Positions 29,317 to 35,759 of a stretch of DNA of 35,759 nt are shown here, in pieces (the stretch's first letter is position 1; each line of letters begins with the position of its first letter). The translations under genes were made by a program, and so were the position numbers. Source of the stretch: Gammaproteobacteria bacterium (GTDB taxonomy: Bacteria; Pseudomonadota; Gammaproteobacteria; SZUA-229); the NCBI GenBank assembly GCA_029881425.1, contig JAOUMO010000002.1:1-35759 (forward strand), given 5' to 3'. The notes under the pieces were generated by a model. The model was not told where the DNA came from, did no database searches, and worked only from the letters and a program-made list of their open reading frames with translations.

Positions 29317-29928
29317 ATGATGAACTTTAAAAATATTTTTTCATTCACTATTATCTTTTGCTCACTGATATCTACAGCAGCAACAGCAAGCATCATTACA
29401 CCAACGGATATGACGGGGCTCAGGAGCTTTGATGGTGGAGCCAATGTACTTCTACTCAGTTTCGACGCAGTTAAAAGCGGCACAGAAGATCGCACTATTG
29501 CTCATTTTGACATTAGTAGCCTAACGTACATGCCACAATCCTCAATTTTCGATATCCCTATTGACAACATTGACCCCGGACTACCCGGCGGTATATTTGA
29601 AGTTTATGCCTTTGCAGGGGATGGCGTCGTTAGTATTGATGAATGGAATGCCGGCTCCCTCATACACACTTTTTACGGAATTGAAGGGGGGTACTCAACT
29701 TTATCGTTCGACATTACAACGCTTTTACAAAATGCATACACTAATGGTGACACATACCTGAGCTTTAATTTTCGCGCAGGTGACGGCACAGACCGTTTCT
29801 GGCTATCCGATGTAGTAGGCATAGCTGAACCCACAATAACAAGTACCGTTCCCGTTCCTGCTGCATTTTGGTTATTTGTTACAGGATTAAGCCTGTTTTA
29901 TGGTTTTTTCAGGAAAAATCAACATTAG
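29317..29928 (+). CDS. Secreted protein with a VPLPA/PEP-CTERM-like sorting signal
   Basis: SD aaggag upstream. Signal peptide ends ..STAATA. C-terminus is VPVPAAFWLFVTGLSLFYGFFRKNQH. Confidence 0.65.
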   Translation: MMNFKNIFSFTIIFCSLISTAATASIITPTDMTGLRSFDGGANVLLLSFDAVKSGTEDRTIAHFDISSLTYMPQSSIFDIPIDNIDPGLPGGIFEVYAFAGDGVVSIDEWNAGSLIHTFYGIEGGYSTLSFDITTLLQNAYTNGDTYLSFNFRAGDGTDRFWLSDVVGIAEPTITSTVPVPAAFWLFVTGLSLFYGFFRKNQH

Positions 29929-29934
29929 TAAAAA

Positions 29935-29973
29935 CCTCGGCCAGAACCAGAGCATCTCTGGCTTTGGCTGAGG
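29935..29973 (+). terminator. Long imperfect hairpin after the second CTERM gene (possible terminator or REP)
   Basis: cctcggccagaaccagag-cat-ctctggctttggctgagg forms an 18-bp stem with two G-U pairs and one mismatch. There is no T-run. Confidence 0.4.
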
Positions 29974-30139
29974 AAGCGACCTGTTTCTGACCTCATCCTC
30001 ATTTCGCCCATAATCATGCACCGGGTTAGAAACCTTCCACTTTTTATCCTTCTAATCAGTTTCACTGGACACTACAACTTTTTCTAATACCCTGCCAGGT
30101 TCGCTACATTGCCTGATGCAGCACACAGCCCAAAACTGG

Positions 30140-30168
30140 TTGCACGTACAACCATGTACGGCTATACT
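30140..30168 (+). promoter_or_regulatory. Predicted sigma70 promoter of marR with an overlapping near-palindrome
   Basis: TTGCAC, 17-nt spacer, TATACT. The predicted +1 coincides with the marR ATG at 30175 and there is no SD. GGTTGcACGTaCAACC (30138-30153) overlaps the -35 element and spacer. Confidence 0.45.
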
Positions 30169-30174
30169 TAATCT

Positions 30175-30594
30175 ATGTTCGAACGTTGCCTCTATTTCAA
30201 TATCAATGCACTCACCCGCGCTGTCAATCGCATCTGGGATGATGCCTTCGCCGAGTTCGGCCTTTCGCCTTCCCACGCCTACCTGTTACGCCTGGTACTA
30301 AGCAACCCCGGCCTTACACCCAAACAGATCAGCCAGGAACTCAAACTGGAAAAATCGACCGTGACACGCTTCCTCGATGCCCTGGCAAAAAAAGCATTCA
30401 TTATTAGAAAACAGGGTATTAGTGGTGACGCAAGGGAACAGGGTATTTACCCGACTAAAAAATCAGAAAAAATTACACTTGAACTGGAAGAAAAAGGTAA
30501 CCAGCTTTACCAGAAGATGATCGACAGTATTGGAAAAACCGAACTGACAGGCCTGGTAAAAAAATTACGCAACACCGAAACCCGTATTAAATAG
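30175..30594 (+). CDS. MarR family transcriptional regulator
   Basis: 139 aa with a winged-HTH region (LTPKQISQELKLEKSTVTRFLDALAKKAFI) and typical MarR length and layout. Confidence 0.85.
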   Translation: MFERCLYFNINALTRAVNRIWDDAFAEFGLSPSHAYLLRLVLSNPGLTPKQISQELKLEKSTVTRFLDALAKKAFIIRKQGISGDAREQGIYPTKKSEKITLELEEKGNQLYQKMIDSIGKTELTGLVKKLRNTETRIK

Positions 30595-30604
30595 TATTTT
30601 TTTA

Positions 30605-30627
30605 TACAACTAGTTGTACATACAACT
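30605..30627. promoter_or_regulatory. Probable MarR operator: perfect 14-bp palindrome TACAACTAGTTGTA plus an adjacent TACAACT half-site
   Basis: Lies between the marR stop and the SnoaL-like gene start. The same hexamer recurs at 30073 and 30147, upstream of marR. Confidence 0.55.
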
Positions 30628-30639
30628 TAAGGGACAGGC

Positions 30640-31113
30640 ATGATCTTAATTAATAAAGCCATAACTGGTAAGGAAACAGCAACGGGCATAGCATCACCCT
30701 TCCAGGCGCTGCTAAATTTTTATTCCGCATTTAACAACCAAAACCTTGAATCAATGGAACGCAACTGGCTACAGACCGATGACGCCTCCATGTCTAATCC
30801 ACTGGGCGGCATAAAGCGCGGATGGGATGAAATAAGAGAGGTATACAAAAAGATATTTAATGGCGAAGCCAGGGTCTATGTAGAGTTTTATGACTATTCG
30901 ATACACCCCACGAAAGATATGTTCATCGCTGTCGGCCATGAAAGGGGCTTGCTGGAGATAAATAACCAGCAAATAGAACTTGCCATCCGCACCAGCCGAA
31001 TATACCAACTGCATGACAGGCAATGGAAACAGATTCATCACCACGGCTCTATGGATAATCCAGGGCTATTGAAAACCTACCAGGCTACCCTGCTCAACAA
31101 TCATCAGGAATAA
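30640..31113 (+). CDS. SnoaL-like / NTF2-fold (ketosteroid isomerase-like) protein
   Basis: 157 aa with FY.AFN..NLE.M...W...D..M.NPLGG...GW.EI...Y..IF and W...HHHGS, as in DUF4440/SnoaL-like proteins. Confidence 0.7.
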   Translation: MILINKAITGKETATGIASPFQALLNFYSAFNNQNLESMERNWLQTDDASMSNPLGGIKRGWDEIREVYKKIFNGEARVYVEFYDYSIHPTKDMFIAVGHERGLLEINNQQIELAIRTSRIYQLHDRQWKQIHHHGSMDNPGLLKTYQATLLNNHQE

Positions 31114-31117
31114 CACC

Positions 31118-31525
31118 ATGAATACCTCGCTTACGATCGAAATATACTGGCTAATCGCAACCCTGTTAATGACATCCCTGTTCTGGCTGCCCTACATCCT
31201 CAACCGCATGTTAGAGCAGGGAATAGTCAACGCACTATGGGATCCCCTTGGTGACACCCGCACCGAAAAACCCTGGGCCAATCGCATGATGCAGGCCCAT
31301 AACAACGCCGTTGAAAACCTGGTCATCTTTGCGCCACTGGCGATACTGGTTCAAATTACAGGCACCAATTCAACAATGACGGCAAATGCCTGTATGATTT
31401 ATTTCATATCGCGCCTGTTACATTACAGTGCCTTTACCTTTGCAATCCCCTTATTAAGAGTCATTACATTTTTATGCGGGTTTGGCGCACAATTAACACT
31501 GGGAATCAGTTTACTAAGCGCATAA
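31118..31525 (+). CDS. MAPEG family membrane protein
   Basis: 135 aa with 3-4 TM helices and the H.NA.ENL..F motif. Starts 4 nt after the previous gene. Confidence 0.75.
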   Translation: MNTSLTIEIYWLIATLLMTSLFWLPYILNRMLEQGIVNALWDPLGDTRTEKPWANRMMQAHNNAVENLVIFAPLAILVQITGTNSTMTANACMIYFISRLLHYSAFTFAIPLLRVITFLCGFGAQLTLGISLLSA

Positions 31526-31530
31526 ATAGA

Positions 31531-31566
31531 AAAAGCCTGCTTTGGTTTAAAAGCAGGCTTTTATTT
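31531..31566. terminator. Bidirectional Rho-independent terminator
   Basis: Perfect 12-bp arms aaaagcctgctt / aagcaggctttt with an A-run on one side and a T-run on the other. Lies between convergent genes. Confidence 0.75.
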
Positions 31567-31587
31567 ATATCAGGACAAGTTTAAAAA

Positions 31588-31929
31588 TTAGTCATCAGGT
31601 TGCGGCATGGGCAGACCCGCCAGCTTACAAACTTCACGTGCAGGGTCTTTTGGAAAGAGTTTATAAATGTGTTTTTCATAGTCCTTCTGATCGTGGAAGT
31701 GAACATTCTTTTTACCTAGCTCACGCACTACTTTATGCATGGTTGGAATCTTTTCGGTTTCATGAAAATACGCCCTGAAATAGAGAATCAACTCCCAATG
31801 ATCGTTATATAGTTTTATACCATCCTGTTCAGCCATTTTCTCTGTATAGGATTCACTCCATTCATCGATATTACACAGGAAACCCTGTGCATTGGTCTCG
31901 ATGTTCTTACCACTAATTTCAAGCACCAT
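31588..31929 (-). CDS. DsrC/TusE-family protein lacking the penultimate catalytic cysteine
   Basis: 113 aa, collinear with DsrC/TusE (GFL....EW...., HW.(L/I)I.(F/Y).R..(F/Y), LFPK.PA...CKLAGLP). The C-terminus is ..PMPQPDD instead of ..PKPTGC(V/I). SD aggaga upstream. Confidence 0.85.
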   Translation of the reverse strand: MVLEISGKNIETNAQGFLCNIDEWSESYTEKMAEQDGIKLYNDHWELILYFRAYFHETEKIPTMHKVVRELGKKNVHFHDQKDYEKHIYKLFPKDPAREVCKLAGLPMPQPDD

Positions 31930-32164
31930 AGATATCTCCTTAATAGGGGGGGTGTATTGGTCTCTGGCCAGCCTGAATACTCACATTTTTTTAATGGAAA
32001 ATGACTTTTAGAGACAATTTGTAGCAGCATTAGCTACTTGATTGTAAGTATAGACTGTAATTTTAGCTTTAAATGTGATCGTAACTTTTTGTTAACAAAC
32101 AGGATGTATAGAGTGAACAAGAGTATGCTTAAGGACTACACACCCCTCCTCGGATTTGACTGAA

Positions 32165-32668
32165 TTATTTTGTTGCCAGGGCCTTGAGCTGATTCACTAT
32201 TTCATCTGAATCCCATTCAACGCCACCAAACAGGGTGTATTTTATATTACCCTGGGGATCGATAATAAAATTAGATGGCGCAGCAAAAACGCGCCAGCTG
32301 GATAAGGCATCACCCTGCTCATCCATGAGGATAGTAAACTCGGGCTTTACTTCATTCACAAAACGCATTACCTCTTTTTTGCTTTCACCCATATCCACCG
32401 CAAGAATTTTGAATGGCACATCACCCATTTTTTTGATCAGTTTGTTCATCGAGGGCATTTCCTTGCGACAGGGGGTGCAATAGGTTGCCCAGAATTGCAG
32501 TAGAACAACCTGGCCCCTGTAATCTACCAGGTCATGCGGCCTGCCCTGCAAGTCGAGCAACTTCAGCGCTGGTGTAGGCCCCGTCATGGTATAGGGCTTC
32601 AGATCAGCTGCACTGGCTGAAGCAGCAAATATAAAGAGCAGAGCTAGCAGCGCAATTCGATTAATCAT
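32165..32668 (-). CDS. Periplasmic TlpA/ResA-like thiol:disulfide oxidoreductase
   Basis: Signal peptide MINRIALLALLFIFAASASA. Active site is FWATYCTPC (CxxC). SD ggagg upstream. The ATG overlaps the upstream stop (ATGATTAA). Confidence 0.85.
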   Translation of the reverse strand: MINRIALLALLFIFAASASAADLKPYTMTGPTPALKLLDLQGRPHDLVDYRGQVVLLQFWATYCTPCRKEMPSMNKLIKKMGDVPFKILAVDMGESKKEVMRFVNEVKPEFTILMDEQGDALSSWRVFAAPSNFIIDPQGNIKYTLFGGVEWDSDEIVNQLKALATK

Positions 32669-33413
32669 AATGGTGGAAACCTCCAAGATAAAATAAGCTG
32701 ACCTTAATCAGGCCGGCGAGTTGTGAGGTAACGACTTCCTCTGAACGATTCGGGTCCTGGCGTTTAAAAAAATAGCCCCGCACGCCGGGAATCAATTTAG
32801 CCGTGACAACACTACCACCCTTCCCCAGCTCATAGGAGAGGCTCTTGATACCCCAGCGATTGGGTGTGCGCTCGCCTTCCAGCAACATTAAGGGTAATCG
32901 CGTCCTGCCGACATCATCGATATACTCAGGAATCACACCGGGTACTGGTTCCGACTTGAATAAACGCGGGAACATCAGCACCGCACCCGAGAGAGGCTGT
33001 TTATGGCTCGCTTCCCACAGCCGCGCACTACGTAAAACCAGCGCCGTATCAGGACCACTGGCTATCAGGTAGACTTTTTTACCGGTATTGATTGCTGCCT
33101 CGATCACTGCGAGCAGGGCATCCGAGGGAATTTCAGCACGGCTACTACGGACATTAGGCAACATGTAAGCCGACAAAAAATCGGTCATCCAGACCTCGAT
33201 ACCATCTTCCGCCAGTGCAGCGGCGGTTTTTTCCTCAGCCCGGCTCTTACCCTCATCGAAGGGAAAGCCCAGCAACAGGGCCTGGCCCTCGGCAGCAAAT
33301 ACACGCACCTCAATGCTGGCATCGGCCGTAGCAATGGTCCTGGTTTCCTTTGCCCATAATGCGGGACTCAATAACGCAAGCAACAGGAAATATAAAAACA
33401 GTCTAAAATTCAT
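32661..33413 (-). CDS. Hypothetical secreted protein (possible alpha/beta-fold, no clear catalytic motif)
   Basis: 250 aa with signal peptide MNFRLFLYFLLLALLSPALWA. Translationally coupled to the TlpA-like gene. No family recognised. Confidence 0.6.
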   Translation of the reverse strand: MNFRLFLYFLLLALLSPALWAKETRTIATADASIEVRVFAAEGQALLLGFPFDEGKSRAEEKTAAALAEDGIEVWMTDFLSAYMLPNVRSSRAEIPSDALLAVIEAAINTGKKVYLIASGPDTALVLRSARLWEASHKQPLSGAVLMFPRLFKSEPVPGVIPEYIDDVGRTRLPLMLLEGERTPNRWGIKSLSYELGKGGSVVTAKLIPGVRGYFFKRQDPNRSEEVVTSQLAGLIKVSLFYLGGFHHYD

Positions 33414-33467
33414 AGTGATTGATTTGATTTAACATCGATTTTCAGAGAATGATGATACTGTAAGCCT

Positions 33468-34103
33468 ATGATGATATATCGCACTTTACCAGCCCTGATC
33501 ATAGCACTAACCGGACTGATTCCGATTTGTGCCGCATCAAGTCCTGAAAAATTATCGACCACGCCAGCACCGGAAGCCAATATAGCCCATGGAAAAAAGA
33601 TCTACGCCCTGTGCGCCAGCTGCCATCTCAAGAATGGCTGGGGTAAAGTCGATGGCAGTTTTCCGGTCATTGCGGGCCAGCACCAGAACGTACTGATCAA
33701 GCAACTGGAGGATATTCGCTCCCGCAGCCGGGAAAACCCCACCATGTACCCGTTTTCAGATGCAGAAACCATAGGCGGTGAACAGGCCCTGCTGGATGTC
33801 ACCGCCTACATTGCCCGACTACCTGTCGACCCCAGCCCGGGCCAGGGCAGTGGCAAGCAGCTCGCACTGGGTAAGACTATTTACCAGCAACGCTGCACCC
33901 AGTGTCACGGCGATAATGGCCAGGGCAATAATGAAGCCCTGTTCCCCAAACTCAGGGGCCAGCACCACGCCTATCTACTGCGCCAGTTAAAATGGATCAG
34001 GGATGGCTATCGACAGAACAGCAATCCGGTGATGGTAGAACAGACCAAAACACTCACCGATGTAGAACTTGATGCGGTTGCGGATTATCTTTCACGGCGA
34101 TGA
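33468..34103 (+). CDS. Dihaem cytochrome c4-family protein
   Basis: Signal peptide. Two class-I c-type domains (CASCH...FP.IAGQH..(V/Y)L..QL and CTQCH...FPKLRGQHHAYLLRQL), each followed by a Met ligand region. Confidence 0.85.
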   Translation: MMIYRTLPALIIALTGLIPICAASSPEKLSTTPAPEANIAHGKKIYALCASCHLKNGWGKVDGSFPVIAGQHQNVLIKQLEDIRSRSRENPTMYPFSDAETIGGEQALLDVTAYIARLPVDPSPGQGSGKQLALGKTIYQQRCTQCHGDNGQGNNEALFPKLRGQHHAYLLRQLKWIRDGYRQNSNPVMVEQTKTLTDVELDAVADYLSRR

Positions 34104-34372
34104 AATAGAGAATCATTCCCATACAATCATTCATGATTTATCATCTGGAACTCAGCTTACGGAAACCCTGGCATCTCATTAACAGACACCAGCACGATTC
34201 ATTCAGTTACAGGGCATTTTAAAATGCCACTAATCCCTACGGGCATTAACGGTGTAATAATCGATTTACCTCAAACAGCCCATAAAAACGTAAATCAAAA
34301 AATAATTAACGCGGTGACAGCACGCTTATCTAAAAGGCAAGATATCTCGCATCCATGAAAGATACTGAAAAA

Positions 34373-35611
34373 CTAAAGACCTACACTCCTCGCCAACGCC
34401 GGCAAATCACCCTCCAGTCCCATCGCATGCCGGACAAACTTATACTTGACTGGCCCCAGGCCATCCACAAGGTTCAGGCCAAAATTCCGAACCAGGCTCA
34501 ACTCCGTCCGATCATTACTGAATAAATTTTTAAAGCCACTCATACTGAACATCATCAGCGTGTTTTCACCCCGGCGCCAACGCTCAAATTTTCTCAGGGT
34601 TTTATAATCCGCAAAATCTTTACGCTGGACTATCGCCTCAGTAATCACCTGTGCCAGGCTGGCCGCGTCCAGTATACCCAGATTAACACCCTGCCCTGCA
34701 AGCGGATGAATGGTATGTGCTGCATCACCGATTAACGCCAGCCCCGGTTTGACATAGGCCTTTGCATGACGACGGATTAAGGGAAAAGCAGCACGTGGAC
34801 CAACCGACTTCACTGCACCTAATGTATATTCAAACGCAGCTTCAAGTTCACGACAGAAAGCCGCTTCATCCATTGCAACAAGACGATCAGCCTCAGTATC
34901 TTCGGCTGACCAGACAATCGAACAACGGCCATCACCCAGCGGTAGAAACGCCAGCGGACCAATCGGTAAAAAGCGCTGCCATGCGGTGTAGTCGTGATGC
35001 TTTGTAGATTCAACCACACAGACCACACCCTTTTGCTGATAAGGCGCGGTTTCAAGTTCAATAGCGGCGGCTTCACGTACGCGGGAACTGGCACCATCGG
35101 CACCTACCAGTAAACGTGTTTTAATGATGCTACCGTTATCCAGTGTGACCGAACTACCACTCGCCTGGTAATCAATCGATTCCACTTTGAGTGGACACAA
35201 CCAGTCGACCTGTTGCAGTGTTTTTAACTGCTCCAGCAATGCCGCCTGCGTCACCTTGTTTTCTACAATATGACCGAGCGCATCTATGCCCAGGTCTGCC
35301 GCATCAAAATCTATCTTGCCATCACCGGTGGAATCCCAGACGTGCATGTGCTCATAGGGACTAACGCGCCTGCGCTTCATACCATCCCAGACATTTAGAT
35401 TCATAAATACCTGTTGCGAGCCGCGACTAATGGCCGAGACACGCAGTTCGTAATCATCGCCGGCATTTATATCGCCGGGCTCATAGGCCTCAATAACTGC
35501 AATACGTAATGGCGTATTTTGCCCCAGGGCACAGGCCAGGGTTAAACCCACCATACCACCGCCGAGGATTAACACATCATAGGATTGATTATTGTTTGTT
35601 GTTGTATTCAC
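34373..35611 (-). CDS. ubiI: UbiH/UbiF/UbiI(VisC)-family FAD-dependent ubiquinone-biosynthesis hydroxylase
   Basis: 412 aa with DVLILGGGMVGL (FAD dinucleotide fold) and GDAAHTIHPLAGQG. GTG start overlaps the stop of the upstream ubiH-like gene. The symbol is assigned only from ubiH-visC synteny. Confidence 0.75.
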   Translation of the reverse strand: MNTTTNNNQSYDVLILGGGMVGLTLACALGQNTPLRIAVIEAYEPGDINAGDDYELRVSAISRGSQQVFMNLNVWDGMKRRRVSPYEHMHVWDSTGDGKIDFDAADLGIDALGHIVENKVTQAALLEQLKTLQQVDWLCPLKVESIDYQASGSSVTLDNGSIIKTRLLVGADGASSRVREAAAIELETAPYQQKGVVCVVESTKHHDYTAWQRFLPIGPLAFLPLGDGRCSIVWSAEDTEADRLVAMDEAAFCRELEAAFEYTLGAVKSVGPRAAFPLIRRHAKAYVKPGLALIGDAAHTIHPLAGQGVNLGILDAASLAQVITEAIVQRKDFADYKTLRKFERWRRGENTLMMFSMSGFKNLFSNDRTELSLVRNFGLNLVDGLGPVKYKFVRHAMGLEGDLPALARSVGL

Positions 35612-35759
35612 AAACTGATCCTGCGCATCATCTTACCCATACGCCCAAGCAGACCCATGCTCTGCCGCGCCATTAAATGCCGTACTGATGGCATCAGATC
35701 AACCAGGATTAAACCGGCCGCACGCGCATGCGCCAGCGGTGGAAATGAATTCGAAAACA
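35608..35759 (-). CDS. ubiH: 3' end of a second UbiH-family hydroxylase (partial, runs off the window)
   Basis: The frame reads FSNSFPPLAHARAAGLILVDLMPSVRHLMARQSMGLLGRMGKMMRRISL*, resembling the E. coli UbiH C-terminus (FSN...PL...R..GL......P......R..G). Confidence 0.65.
   Translation of the reverse strand, partial: FSNSFPPLAHARAAGLILVDLMPSVRHLMARQSMGLLGRMGKMMRRISL

Noticed and set aside
30052-30276. 74-aa minus-strand ORF overlapping the marR promoter and start
   Set aside because: It overlaps a well-formed MarR gene and its promoter, and has no motifs or RBS.
31815-32030. 71-aa minus-strand ORF overlapping the 5' end of the DsrC-like gene in another frame
   Set aside because: The DsrC-like frame has clear homology and a good SD. 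The alternative frame has neither.
33419-33440. TTGAT-containing sequence in the divergent promoter region between the secreted-protein operon and cytochrome c4, considered as an FNR site
   Set aside because: The half-site spacing is wrong: TTGAT-N5-ATCGA, and with N4 the second half matches 0-3 of 5. This is not a credible FNR box.
34213-34228. Perfect 16-nt palindrome ggcattttaaaatgcc in the 269-nt spacer after cytochrome c4, considered as a terminator or sRNA
   Set aside because: The stem is AT-rich with a zero-length loop, there is no T-run, and there is no flanking promoter-like sequence. The evidence is insufficient for any call.
1-35759. Search for CRISPR arrays, tRNA or rRNA genes, integrases or transposases, prophage genes, toxin-antitoxin pairs and known defence-system signatures
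   Set aside because: None was found. There are no regularly spaced direct repeats, no cloverleaf-like intergenic sequences, and no ORFs with recombinase, nuclease or NTPase defence-type motifs. The accessory patches carry envelope and redox genes instead.

Overview
The window is a gammaproteobacterial-type chromosomal segment of about 47-50% GC by eye, made mostly of conserved housekeeping genes. All family calls come from motif and sequence recognition by eye; I ran no BLAST, HMM or folding, and the taxon is not determined. There are no rRNA or tRNA genes, CRISPR arrays, integrases or transposases.

Housekeeping genes, in order:
- metH (3' end runs off the window), bpt, bolA, fnr, and a stand-alone cNMP-binding protein
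- dusB-fis and purH-purD
- rho-trxA, divergent from rhlB
- dgkA and a riboswitch-controlled gcvT-gcvH-gcvPA-gcvPB glycine-cleavage operon
- an MscS-family channel
- ubiH-ubiI at the right edge

Visibly AT-richer accessory patches sit between these genes:
1. A pilin-like chimeric membrane protein and an EptA/MCR-type phosphoethanolamine transferase, bounded by a short inverted-repeat element.
2. A compact three-gene cassette in which a periplasmic heptahaem cytochrome c is bracketed by two paralogous membrane proteins that appear to contain only a HAMP domain. This is my best candidate for an undescribed module.
3. Two VPLPA/PEP-CTERM-type secreted proteins.
4. A MarR gene with SnoaL-like and MAPEG genes and a repeated TACAAC operator motif.
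5. A DsrC/TusE-like protein lacking the catalytic C-terminal cysteine, next to a periplasmic TlpA-like thioredoxin, an unknown secreted protein and a dihaem cytochrome c4.

Non-coding highlights:
- A perfect FNR box followed by about 100 nt of structure and a strong intrinsic terminator, making an FnrS-like sRNA candidate.
- A tandem glycine riboswitch.
- A small dispersed inverted-repeat family present at two loci.
- An in-frame TAG in metH at a position that is Trp in E. coli MetH.
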